Numbered from the stretch's first letter, positions 39,601 through 52,804 are shown. The stretch: DNA of 64,000 bases from Phoronis australis (GCA_002633005.1 NMRA01000004.1:1839935-1903934); one strand, 5' to 3'. Program-made: numbers and translations. Notes: a model not told the origin generated them from the sequence alone.

Positions 39601-40344
39601 GTTCGTAGAATTAAGTAGTCTTTTCAAAAAACTAATTGACTCTCAAATGAATATCACTTAAAGTAGTCTGTGCAGATGTTGTCAAAGCAATAACCAATGT
39701 TCAAAACTTTGTATATTATTGTTATTACTTGACGAAATAAATTTCGCCAAGTATGTTGCTCTGACATCAAGTTTGTTTTTTATTTGCACTCTACAGGTCG
39801 CAATTTTCGTCTGATCCATACGAAATTTACACACAATTTGTAGCTCCGGAACTGCTGGCAGTAGAAGACTATAAATTATAATTGTTTTTCGTCATGTTGG
39901 GATCCAAAATGGCGGCCATGGCGGCCATTTTGTTTCCGATTTCAGATTCAAATACTCATAGAGGCCGCATTTTTTGATGTACATGGCTGAAAATTGGCAC
40001 AGACATAGAAACTGACAAGTATTAGTACTGGCACTAGTCGGATACTATGGTACAATGGATCCTGATATGCAGTTTCATCCACTAAATAACGGCCGTTTTT
40101 CAGTGATTGCCTGGTTCTTTAAATCAGGGTCCATTATATCCGACTAGTGCAGTATAGTATTATTACACCAGAATCATGACATGAACTTCCGGGCAAATAT
40201 GGCGGAAATATCGGCCATTGTCAGGGCTCGACGCTATTAAAATCGCCAGGTCGCATTTTGCGACCTAGCCAAAATCCCAGGTCGCATTTTCAAAATCCAG
40301 CTCGCATTCGTAAATGCCAGGTCGCAAAATTTTCCCGCCATTTN

Positions 40345-43300
40345 ATTCGCATCAGAACTCCCAAATGCTATCTGGTAGAATTTTATGGGGGGGCATGGCC
40401 CCCTTGGTCACCCCCTAAATCCGCCACTGTAGTACCATTAAAGGCTTCACATACAAAAGTCTACCATCAACCACACTACCTCCAGCTAGACAATCTCCAG
40501 TTGACAACGATTCAGTCGGTGGTTGGACACAGCCTTCAGCTTTTTCCTTCTCTTTCTCATACTCTTCAAATGTGATCTTGCCCTGGAGATACTGAAATAA
40601 CTTTTCCTTCGTAGCTTCACTCATTGTCCTGTCGAAAAAAGAAATATCCATGATGCACTCTTGACCTGTTTTATTTCGTAACTATGGCGACAGTGGGTTT
40701 CGCTGAACCAAGGTTGGCTTGCCTAGTGCAAAAATTACAATTGAGAATACTGAGAGATGAGTCATTTGTTAATCATGTGAGGACATTTACTGACGTTTGA
40801 ATGTGGAACTTCAGACAGTGTACATGAGCCAGGGCCATGTCATTGGCAAGAGTGTAGTTTTTAATGAAATTAATTTTGTGTCAAATTTTATTTGGTCCGT
40901 TTTTACCCACATCGGCCCAAAGCTGAAAATTTATACTGCTTTGTATGAAGGCTAACACTGGCCACAGCCAGGGCAATGTTGGTGGACCATAACTAGATTC
41001 AGCTTTGCTATACCCACAGCATGGGTGCTTATTTCAATCAGTTAGAACATATCTAGTATACTCCACATAAGTAAAGAAAGGAGTAGTGCATATGCCATTT
41101 TAAATTTATTTAGATGTGCTGAAGTCTGGCAAGGTTCCCAAAGTGGCCACTGCGTGACGCATTCAATGATGTTACCACTATGTGATGGTGAAATTACCCA
41201 CTGCTTGAATTACAGACAGTAAAGGACTGAGTTAAGGACTGGTGCAAGAGAAGCAATAGTCAAGGAATGCAGTGAGGAGATGATTGTTTCGGTAACATAC
41301 TTGAAATATATAATGCAATTCCTTGTAGAATTCTCAGTGTAAATATACAGTATGCATTCATAGCAAAATGTTTTAGTTTGCATTGAGGTTTTCGCCCAAT
41401 TTTTATTGTGGATGTTATGCAGGCAACTAACCTATTTCTGATGACTGAGATGAAAAACAATGGTCTGAGCACTGTGTGCCTGAACTTTCATCGGTAAATA
41501 TTTGCTGAAAGTTAAGTTTATAGTGTTTGCCGTTTTTGGAGCAATAAAACTCCCTGTTAAGGAACTACATCTTGAATGAATATTTTGGGTAGACCAAATG
41601 AACGGGACCAATCAAATTTAACATAGCAACTTTCCACCACCAGGAGACTGCACACCAACTGTGGAATACGGCTCAACCCACCATGGCATAATCCGTGACT
41701 GTATTCCCACATATGTGGGATAATTATATCTAGCACTTATTTATATGGTGTAAAACAGAGGTAGGCCTATGTCATAACAGTAACCTGGTAACAGATAGCA
41801 ATAAGCTTCCGGCATGAGTGACCTTCATTAGGCATGTGATGTATCGCTTTTGGCTAAGCCATAGACAGTAGCACCGTCTTAACTGGCCCCCATTTAAGAC
41901 GGTAGCACTCCTATTGGTCCTTCATATGTCAGATTTATTTCAGCAACTTATGATCAACACAGATCAAACCATGAAGTGCCTTTTGTGCACAAAGGAACTC
42001 TTTAAGAGGCCGTTGATATCTACAACTCTCCCGAGCTCAAACAAATACCCTTACAATCAAACTTTTTTCGAACTGACTCCTTCGTTCAAATGCCTTGGCA
42101 ACTGACTATTTTTGCACTGCTCATGTCCGGGGATATGATGTCATATCCTTTAGCATGAGGGATGTAAAATGCTCAGTTGCCGATTTGGGCCCAAATCGGC
42201 AACTAAAGGGCTGCTGTTCGAAAAAAAAAGTTTGCCAATTTACGGGAGTATTTGCTCGAGCTGGGAAGACTAAAAGACACATATGGCCTCCTAAGGAGTC
42301 CCTCTATGGCTCTATGTGCAAAAAGTACTGATGACTGTGACGGTTTAATCTTAATCAGAGAAAGGCATAATTCGCTGAAAAGCTTGGACGACGTATGAGC
42401 CCATGCCTGGCCCTATGGGATGGCCACCGTCTCTACCGCCAGCTGAGATCACATCTTCTGACTGTCCCCAATACACTATGCGTATTACTTAGTGTATTGA
42501 GCACGATCAAAAGCTACGACAAGGACTCCTGTGGACTGGGTTGAGATCACAGAACTGGCTGGGTCAGCAAAGGCGATGGTCACTGCCTACTGAGTACTGT
42601 GCTACAAGTTAGCCTACCTTATCATGTTTGCAAGTCCATGCTTAACTGAAAGAAATTTAACTGTTTTTGATAATACCACCAATGTTGGAATCACACCCTA
42701 AGATAGTATAGTACAAGAAAACATTGGACAGAATGGGAACCTTTTACCGTTAACAGAAATTCCACAATTTCTCCCTCCGTAGCTCAGACCTTGAACATTT
42801 CTTCGCTCCTCTCGTTCACTTGATTTCAGCGGCCTCTGGTGAGGATTGCCTCAAACGCCTTATTAGAGCGTCTTTGTTATTAGGTCTTGGAAAAGCCACG
42901 AACGAATAAACTTTTATGAAATAACAACATCAAGGATTCTCAAATAGACTGGATTGTACTAGTTAATTTTCTAAGCCGATGTATGCCTTTAAAATAACAA
43001 AATAACATTAACTTCATGACTCGTTTCAGCTCAAATCTTTTTCCGGTTTCAAGAACAAAAATAGCAATCAATAGATGGCGCTAACAATCCAATTCACATG
43101 TTCCGTTCAGAAGAGAAGAAGTTGTCAGGTGAGGTGATCTGAGTTTATGAAGGTTTACCTGTTTACAAACGAGTTACGTGCTGCACCGCCCTTGATAAAT
43201 GACTTACCGTGCCAGCTTGTGTAGTTTAAGTAGTGCGTAGAATTAAGTAGTCATTTCAAAAAACTAATTGACTCTTAAATGAATATCACTTAAAGTGTGC

Positions 43301-43646
43301 AGATGTTGTCAAAGCAATAACCAATGTTCAAAACTTTGTATATTATTGTTATTACTTGACAAAATAATTTCGCCAAGTATGTTGCTCTGACATCAAGTTT
43401 GTTTTTTATTTTGCACTCTACAGGTCGCAATTTTCGTCTGATCCATACGAAATTTACACACAATTTATAGCTCCGGAACCGCTGGCAGTAGAAGACTATA
43501 AATTATAATTGTTTTTCGTCATGTTGGGATCCAAAATGGCGGCCATGGCGGCCATTTTGTTTCCGATATCAGATTCAAATACTCATAGAGGCCGCATTTT
43601 TTGATGTACACGGCTGAAAATTGGCACAGACATAGAAACTGACAAG
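40345..43646. repeat. near-identical copy of 36947-40019 bounded by N on both sides (probable alternate haplotype contig)
   Basis: Starts right after N40344 and ends right before N43647; colinear with 36947-40019 apart from scattered SNPs and indels. Confidence 0.9.
40465..40624 (-). CDS. GTF3C3: duplicate (probably allelic) copy of the GTF3C3 first coding exon
   Basis: MSEATKEKLFQYLQGKITFEEY..., one amino-acid difference (T2S) from 37064-37223; lies within the N-bounded block. Confidence 0.5.
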
Positions 43647-46386
43647 NTTGTACATATGACCTCGATTTTGGGACAAAAGCGCTTTATCTTAATTGTAGAA
43701 GGCGCATGGTAAACCCAATTGATTTGAAATTTTTCTTGTGTTAGTTTTTTATAGTATGCTATGATCGAGTGTTGCTCAACCGGAAGTGGTTTTCAAAAGG
43801 GCGGATCTGAAATATTTTCATCAGTTTTCAATGATGCTAAGGTGCCACTTTAAATGGTACTAGGAAATGACCTGAACTTTTGCATGTGGATTCTCTGAGG
43901 TATACTCTTTCAAATGACCTATAACAATTTTTTCTCAGAATTAAGATAATAGACTTTGAATTTCGAAAAATGCAAAATTTCAAATTTTTCCAAAAATTTG
44001 TGGAATTTTGAGAAACTAGCCTGTTAGAGTTTTTATGGGCTTTTAGAAGATGTTTTCCTTTTTTCGCTATGATATCTCGTTTTTGAATTATTTGGGATTT
44101 TGCTGATGGCAAATTTTTGTGACTCATTTTTGTCATTTTTAGAGGTCACTTGACTTTGATTTTTACATATGATGCAACTTCTAAGTATAAAAATTATAAT
44201 AATATTGGAATTGTGCTGTATCATCCTGTCTATACAATCACATGGAGCCTATTATTAACATTCCGAAAATATGATTTGACCTGTTGCACGTCACCAATCT
44301 CTTTCTGTTACAAAACAGCGCTAAGGTGTTTTGATATGTCACGAGGTTTTAAGTAAATTTGAAATATTCCCCATTATTGTGTTACTTTTGAATACAATCA
44401 TTCAAAGATGTAACTCGTAAAATAAGTGCGACTTGGTAAAAATTTCAGGTTGCCTAATGCGAAATGAATGATACTGCATGCTGCATGGTGCATTTTTTAG
44501 TATTTGTTTGGTAATGGAAATGACATTTTGACTTTTTAATATTTTATTAAAAACAAGTTAATTGTTTAAGAAAATGATTTCATCGCTAACATGTAACTCC
44601 ATGAAATAAAGGTGCTTTTGAAAAAAATATCAGTGAAAGTTAGAATTATCAGTCCAGTTTGGATTAGCAATCAATCGTCTTATAAGTGTGGTAAAAGACA
44701 TTCTCAAAATGGACATAGTATTTCTCTGCTCTCCCTGTAATGTTTTTGGTTGAATTGTTTGTTTTTGATAACTTCTAGTTTAAAAATCGGTAAAATACCA
44801 TACATAGCCTTTCAAAAGTGAAAAATGTGAGACATTGTTAACGAATGTGTCGGTAACTGATGTGAATAGAGGTGCATGGGCATAAATGTACACATATGGT
44901 AATAAACATAGAAGGTACCCATTGCTGCTGTGAAACCCTGGGGGGTTCTTCCATAGAAGGGACGAGTATGGATGTACAGCCATCTTGGACCCTACATTCG
45001 GAATATTGCGCTTTTAATAAAAATGCCTTTTTCTCATTTTTTGTGGAAAGTAAACAGAGTAAAACTTCAGGCAGCTGCATTTACACAGTTGTAAGTTTTT
45101 ACTCTACAGTATGTGCTTGTGTGTCTTTTGCTTTATGAACATGCAGTGCTAGGGGACTAAATGTGCATATACTGTGGACTAATTTTAAGGCACCTGCATA
45201 TTTATGTGTTGGCACATTATGCCAGCATCTCCATCCGTCTGTCTGGCGTCCGCTGCTAACGAGAGCTCCAATTAAATACAATACAAGGGAAGATTACTAT
45301 TTTAAACAGTCTCACTAAATAGAGTAATGTCAGTAAACTTAAAATAGCCTGTAAGGGGTGTATAGCAAGTCGGCAATGCTCTCCTCAATCGAACGCGCTC
45401 ATCAAGCCCGTATAAAGTTTAAACTAGCACTGGTGGCACAGTGGTAGTGGGAAACATCCAAACGTCGTCATCTGTTATTACGTTCATAGAAATACACTTG
45501 TCAAATTTGACAAAGATCCAGCAGGGAGAAACAGCTGCGGATGCGAAAAAGGTAAACTGCCACTAGGGGGTGCCACAGTAGTCAAGCTGTTCAGAAATCA
45601 AAAACTTTCTCTTCCCACTAGTCACATATTTATCAATTTTCACAACGATTCTTAGAGAGGTTAAGTTGATAGAGAGATGGACACCAAAAAGAGACTAAAA
45701 CATAAAAAAACGGCTATTAGGATACAGGGAACCAGATCTTTTCAATGGCAAACTTTAAACTATGATGTGATTCTGAGAAATATGTAGCATCTGACGACAC
45801 CTATTATTGCATCCGTGAATCGCCACATTTACAGTTTTGAAAATCTGAAAAAACCATATTCATTAGGAAGTTGAAATGGGTCCAGGAATCCCTAAGAAGT
45901 ACCCACAGTATTTTTGATACTTTGTTTCCATTGGTCAAGAACCCAACACTTGCACAATTACAACAAAACAAAAATAAGGGCTTAACTATCGACAACCATG
46001 GTATGAGGATTGCAATGAATTTCGTATCAACTTACGGTTTTAGAAATGCTCATTTCAGGTGTTTGCACTTTCCAAAGTATTAGGTTATACTCGTTTAACC
46101 TATAAGTCATACTAAGGACATTTTGTAAAGTGCCCGAAAATCCATGAGTTAATAGATGATTTTCTCTTGTTTTCTTTTTGTCTTTGTATACATGTGTGCA
46201 TTGCTTTTTTAAACGTTCACTTTGGAATGATGACTTATAAACCCGAGTTGTGGCTGGGTTGCAATTGTTACAGATCACTAACTTAAGTGATTTATTAATT
46301 GATTGACTGATTGTAAAGTGTAGTTTACGTTTCTGTGTTGCAACAGGCAGAGTTGTTTAAAGAGTGAAGGTTTACTGGGTGGATGC

Positions 46387-46477
46387 ATGATGAACAAACG
46401 TATGAAAATGGACAAGAGTGTTGGCAGCCTACCTGTGGACTTGGTTGAAATCAAGCAAGAACCTTCTTCACCGAGTG
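46387..46477 (+). CDS. uncharacterised protein, upstream coding exon
   Basis: Acceptor tgttgcaacag at 46346; MMNKRMKMDKSVGSLPVDLVEIKQEPSSPS; donor G|gttagt (phase 1) is in frame with the exon at 47898. Confidence 0.7.
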
Positions 46478-47897
46478 GTTAGTTGTTAAGTGTTTGTACA
46501 TTCCCTTAATGAATTTAACTCAAACTTTAAAATTAGGTATAAGTAAATAAAGACATATTTATCCAAAGTTTCGGTTTATTACTTAAAGCAATCTCAAGGA
46601 AACAGTTCACGTACTCAAACAGGCTACACAGGTGGAGAACAGACTGTACAGGTACACGTCAAAATGCATTGTGAGGGGAGAGACCAGAAATCAAAACAGT
46701 TGGAGCTCAAATGAACCAAAATGTTTGTATTAAGATAGCGCTGTCTCAATAAAAAAGCTTTATGTTAATTGTGGAAGTTTCGGGAAGAGGCTACTCACAG
46801 AACATGGCTCCTGAATTTCGTAACATAGCACCTCAATTACAAACACGACTCTCCGAGCCAGCAAACTCAGTTCACTGACTCACAACCTCATGCAGCACTC
46901 ACAAAACACGACTTACGCAGTTAACGGTCTCACGCCCATTAATAGACGCAACTCACAGACCGTAAATGCCGCTCTGGCACCTGTAGGCCATCACCGTTAA
47001 ACACGTCCCACAGACTCTTCACTGCTGAGTATCCACATGTTTGTTACTGGATGCGAGTCAGTTGTCTGGGTGCGTTGAAGTTGTGAGTCTGAGCTGGATA
47101 TACATGTCTATGAGCCGTGTAGTTGATAAACCTGAGTGTGTTGTTCAGGTTACCTGCCTGGGTAGACTCTACATGATTACAACTTTTTATAAAAAATGCT
47201 GTCACATGGTAACAAATGTCCTGGTATATAATTATTTTCGTGCTCATGGATTTGTTTGCTCACCTATGATGATTTTATGGACTGAAACTTTTTTATTTTA
47301 TTAACTAAATAAAATAAATATATGCATTTACCTTAATCCAAATTGTCATTATGGGAATTGAAAGCAATAATAATGTTTGTAACTGTGTTTATTTTGTGAT
47401 GCCAGACAAAACTGTCTTCACATGGAACACTGCATGCCAAGGTTTGCTTTCAATTACACATCCCGACTTGGTTGAAAGAATAGCCGGAATTCATGCGTGC
47501 AGTTACCAAAGCGCTGCGAGTTATAAGTGCCTCAACATAAGCTTGCACATGGCAAAAAAGTTAACAGTTTTTGAAAAATGCTGCTTTGTGCTAAAGAACA
47601 CTGTGTTGACGAGACAGCATGAATTTATAACTCACTGGTAATATTTTCTTGATGGCAGTACGGTCATTTTATATTTTAAATTATTTTGTAGTTTGTAAGT
47701 TTATATCTTGACAATTTGTTGTTCAATGTTAGCATTTTTATGCATGGAAATTCAGATACTCTGTTCTTGCGGATGGAGCTTGTGGGTGGAGCTTGTAGGT
47801 GGAGCTGGCAAGTAAATCTTGTGGGTGGAGCTTGAAACTGTTCAGAACTATAGTCCGCCCATATCTGCATGACTGATCAAGCGAGTTATTATTTCAG

Positions 47898-48796
47898 GTG
47901 ATGGAGCAAACTGTGCATCTGATGCTATTCAACTATACATGGATTGTGAACCATCTCATGCTCAAGGAACACCAGAGAGCCTGGCTTCTTCTCCAATCAA
48001 CCACAATTTGTATAGATACAAGGTAGTTGCAGTATTATCCGAGTCGGAAAACAAGCTTTTGCAAAGATCTACCCACTTTAGAGGGCACAGTGGCTGTGCT
48101 AAGGTAAACAAACATCCTGTATCGTACTTGTGGTGGGCTAAAAAGATATTCTTTGCATGCGCGGAAACTTTCTCTCTTGTCAGTGTCCTAAAAGACCATT
48201 ACGCTGATGGCGATCTTGTCAACATTTGTGAACTACTTTCTGAGGTTGGTTTTGATGAAAAAAGTTCAATCCTCATCCAGCCAATGTACTTAAGGGAAGG
48301 TGTGGTTATACCTGAGAAACACTGGATCTCTAGTGATGCCTTGATTACACTGACCACGTTAAACAAAGTGTGTCCTAGCGATTGCACAATCAAGAGTCAA
48401 ATTTCTGCGGCAGTGGAGCAGGTTATTTCACTGCTGACAGGGGACCTGTTGAGAGGAACAGTACTGTATCAAGGAAGGGAAATTTCCTATGTGGTTTCAC
48501 TAGCTAGCAGACGTGTCTTTGTGTCACGAAGTCTTTTTCCAAAGTTGAAGGTCAAAGCTAGAAAACAAGGCTTGAGATTTCTTCGTACTTTTTTTAAAGA
48601 GAAATTCCCTGAGGATGCAGATTCTTGTTATCTGAATTTGGACTACAAAGTGTCACACATATGGAGTAGAGCATTTGCAGAGTTGATAATGGCCAAGAAG
48701 AGGCTCTTTCAAGTGCATGAGACTAGCTATTGCGAGTTGATGGCAGTAATTGAACTCATCTGCTTTGAACTTGCTACCAAAAGCATCCCTGTGTAG
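47898..48796 (+). CDS. uncharacterised ~329-aa protein, main exon (putative nuclear/DNA-binding)
   Basis: Acceptor ttattatttcag|GT extends the 285-aa ORF by 13 codons; globular-type composition; TAG at 48794-48796. Confidence 0.8.
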
Positions 48797-50713
48797 GAAG
48801 GTTGTATGGGTGTGGGGAGGCATTACATCCCTTTATAGGGGCGGATGGATGGGCGTGGAAAAGCATTACACCCGCACCGGTGTAGTTCTAATGCTATCGA
48901 AAAGATTTTAGAGATTGACTTTATACCTGGATTTATCCTGTACGTGTTACGATATGACCATGCTATTAAATGGCCTGGACCTTCTTATCTGTATTAAGCA
49001 TGTATTTGATGTGGAATTCCACGTCAAGCGTGCAATTGATGGGAAAAATTGAGGAGATTCATCAAAACCTGTTCCAGGCATCATGCACAGCTAAGACTGT
49101 GCGCTTGGTATAAGAGACGGTATTGCCATACTTCTTCCGGTTTACTGCAATACTTGATTTCCTGCTCACTCCCCAAATGTCCTGTATTTCCATTTTAAGC
49201 ACCTGTGTTTCTCAATTTATTCAACCAAAACTTCCCGACTTTTTATGAATGTTTTATTTTGACATGGTTTTAGCTCTGGGTATTAACCCAGTTGACCTGA
49301 CTTATAGTCTCAATTAAAATACCCTGGAGGGGTTACTCAGATGAATACGGTAGTCCACTACCACACAGGTTTTCTATAGATGCAAAAGTATCATACATTT
49401 ATGGTATTTTAATTGATTTAAATTTTAACAAAATAATATTTTTACTGTATTGAGGGTTCTTTGATACAATAGGAGAAAAATCTCAAACAAATGTACTATT
49501 TTTGGAGTTTAACAAGCATTGTGAAGTGTGTATATTAATTTATGTGCTACTACACTTTGAGAAAATTCATTCATAATTGTATGAACAGAGTATTTATCGA
49601 TGTCTGTGACACGCCTTATGCACCCCATAATCAGCATTGACTATAGGCCAATTTTTGTGACAAACAATACGAAAACACGTCTAGAAATCTGTGCGTATTT
49701 GCTCTAAGATTCGTGTGTTACATTTAAGGGTTAACAGTTTAATTATGAGTGTTAACATCTACGCTGTATAAACCCTTGGTTACCTTGCATTATGCTTTAC
49801 GACTTTTATTCTGCGCAAAATATGTCTTGCAAATGCTGATTGTGTCTTCTACAAAATGCTGTTTTAAACTGTAATGAAGGTGATAGTTATACTGATACTT
49901 TCTTAACATTTAATTTTATTGAAAAATAGTAAATTTTGTCACTTCTGGCCACTATGCTGTGTGCCAAATTGGCTGTGTTCATTGTATTTTATAGGGATAA
50001 GTTGTGCATATTATGTACTTGCAAATGTTGTGGTCATGCTCATGGGTATAAGTACTCCATGCCTGGTGAACGTTATACACGGCATGTGACTGACATGCAA
50101 GCCATGTATATTTTTAGCCTTTACATTTGTACATGTTAGTGTTCATTAGCCTTTAGACAAACCTGGTCATGACGTACATGAAGGATTGAGATCCTTGTCA
50201 GGTCACTGAGAGTATTAAGTGGATCATGGAACGGGTCAACAATCTTAAGTCCTTGTCAGTTTTGTTTCGTCCAGCATCAATGGACTCGAGACCTGCTGCC
50301 TGTGTCATGACTTTAAGACTTCCAAGACAGAAATGCAGTCTTACGCTCCACAATTACTAAAAATGTTTAGCCAAGTCATTATGAGCTCATTCTCTAGAAA
50401 TAATTTATAAAAATTATCTCCGTCAATATCAGTTATGTGCAATTCCCAGAGACTTTGCTCAGGTGAGATTTTTTTGCTTACCTAATAGTTGAATGGAGTA
50501 TAAGAACAACTTTCTGACTTCAGTCGCAAGCTATTTTGCATGAATCCGACACCAGGGGTCAGTTCTGTCAACTGTTCCACTGTCATTATTGGCCCAGGTG
50601 GTCATGACTTACATTTTACTGTCGTACAGTTCATTAAATGTGCAACAGTGAAGGTGGTCGCTTATTGATGTATCATGGTTTATAACAGTTTAAAGTCATT
50701 AAAACTCAACTTT

Positions 50714-50736
50714 AATAAATACATATGTCCTTTATT
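50714..50736. terminator. opposed AATAAA hexamers, candidate poly(A) signals of two convergent genes
   Basis: AATAAA (+) 50714-50719 and AATAAA (-) 50736-50731, lying between the stops at 48796(+) and 51403(-). Confidence 0.35.
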
Positions 50737-51402
50737 AATATGTGAAAAACACTATACACGAAAACTGTTATATACATCATAGCTGAATATGTGTCATAAA
50801 CTTTACAATCACAATTAAACTAAAAAACTGATTAAAGGAAAGGAAATGAGACGACTTATCACAGCTGTCATACTGAAAGTGTCTTGGTGGCAAACACTGT
50901 TCCCCATTTGAATGCGAATAGCTGATGGGGAATTTGGGAAAATTTTAACAAGGGCACCACCAATGGAAGTAAAGCAAGTCATGTTTCTCAATTTACAAAT
51001 TGCTGGCAAGTATGACAGAGACAATAGATCAGGGATTGAAGGTAGTGTTTCCAAGGTTATAAAGTACATATGGAGCACTTTCCAAGTGGCACAATGCTGT
51101 AAAAGTCTATTTCCAGCTGTGAATTAAGAACATCGATATTAATATTTGAACTGAATTGGAAAGAGAATGACCAGCAAAAGCTTCAGGTCTTGTATAAAAT
51201 AGCAAACATGTTTTTGTACATTATGTATGAAAAATGGTGAAGCATTCACTCTTTTAGTGATACTTTCCGTAACCTTGTGTGAAGTTTACAAGGAGAGTGA
51301 GGAAAATCAAAAAAGTGTTTTTTGTAGTTACCAAATTGATTTACTGCGCAACAAAACCTGCCATTTTAAGTACCCTTTGGCATACACAATACTACACCAT
51401 GC

Positions 51403-51921
51403 CTAACTTTGCTCGTCTCCCTGTGGTTTCTCTTCAGTTGGCTCCGCCTCCTCAGTAGTGTTTTCTGCTGTTGGCTCCGCCTCCTCCTCAGGTTTCTCTG
51501 TTGTTGGCTTTGCTTCCTCAGTACTCTGTGTTGTTGTTGGCTCTACCTGCTCAGTACTCTGTGTTGTAGTTGGCTCCGCCTCCTCGGTGCTCTGCGTCGT
51601 AGTTGGCTCCGCCTCCTCAGTGCTCTGCGTTGTTGTTGGCTCTGTTTCCTCAGCAACCTTGTCTGTTGACCCCTCTCCTTCACCTGCAACCTCTGATGGC
51701 CCAGTTCCACTCTTCTGGGATTCAATCAATGACCTTTTCTCCTTGACCTCCTTTCGCGCTTTCATTCCCTTGAAACCAGCCTGAATTTTGACAGTGGCAT
51801 CTGCCACCTTGGGGTCATTCAGATCAATGTCAATCTCTTCTTCCTCTTTAGGTTCTTCGGGTTTGGCCTGTTCTTCTGATTTTGTCTCTTCCACAGGTTT
51901 TGTTTCTTCAGCAGGTTTGCT
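51403..51921 (-). CDS. multi-IQ calmodulin-binding protein (PEP-19/neuromodulin/Sp17-like), last exon
   Basis: Acceptor tttctacag|AGC; EEEEIDIDLNDPKVADATVKIQAGFKGMKARKE followed by an E/T/P-rich tail to TAG. Confidence 0.9.
   Translation of the reverse strand, partial: SKPAEETKPVEETKSEEQAKPEEPKEEEEIDIDLNDPKVADATVKIQAGFKGMKARKEVKEKRSLIESQKSGTGPSEVAGEGEGSTDKVAEETEPTTTQSTEEAEPTTTQSTEEAEPTTTQSTEQVEPTTTQSTEEAKPTTEKPEEEAEPTAENTTEEAEPTEEKPQGDEQS
51421..51651 (-). repeat. coding 33-bp tandem repeat, 7 copies (EEAEPTTTQST-like)
   Basis: Seven 11-aa units seen in the translation. Confidence 0.9.
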
Positions 51922-52804
51922 CTGTAGAAAGAGGAGTATTTTAATTAACAACTTACAATCAAGACTGTTTTTACCGGATGGTATTCAGAATGTAAAGCGG
52001 CTTTGATTCATTTGTCACCACGTAAGTCATCATAAATCGTCATTTTTTCTTGGTTCTGACTACATACCCATTCATTTACCCCGTAGAAGTATGCACGTCA
52101 TTTTTAAGTTGCTGTTTTCATTTAACACATTGCTCAGAAGCGGAATTTGTCCCGACATTTCCATCCACACTTTTTCGCCAATTTTTTACAACGGACTTAA
52201 ATATGCTGTCATGCGTATTGGAAACAAATATGATCATGACAGCTTGTCGACTCAATGTATAGTGCTCATCGTGGCAAGAACATTTGCAAAAAGCTGTCAA
52301 TCTATGTCAAACTGTATAAAGATTTTTTAAGATAAAACCTTTAGCAACAGCTTACTGGAAACTCTGACATTGTGCCTAATTGTGGAGCTGCGCCTAGTTG
52401 GTAAGCTTAAGCACTTTTGCCTATATGTAGGGCATATAAGTAGAAAAATCTTGTGTAAGAATGCATTTTTTCAAACACAGGCACATGCGCCTTTGTGCAG
52501 GGTTAATTACAGTTGTTGGTTTTATTCGAAAGTTACAATATTTGCGGCAAAAACCATTTACCGGTACAATGAATTAAACAACCTTTATCTCAATTTATCA
52601 ACTAAACATTCTTATCACCACAATGGCGATTTATGTATAAGTCGTCACTTTTTTCACGGGCCTAAAGGTGATAAGTTAAGCAAGGTTGCTAGTAAACTCA
52701 GCCTGTATTAACTGCTTATTATAAACTATGGGCTGGCTATTTTGCCAGCAACAGGAACCATGTTACATCTATCAGTTCCAAACAAGCAGTTAGGTGCCAC
52801 TAAC

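Noticed and set aside
43837-44356. Lys/Asn-rich ORFs
   Set aside because: AT-rich repeat-like DNA without recognisable domains
47775-47835. 13-bp GGTGGAGCTTGT(G/A) mini-repeat upstream of the 47898 acceptor
   Set aside because: Only ~4 imperfect copies in an intron; no evidence of function
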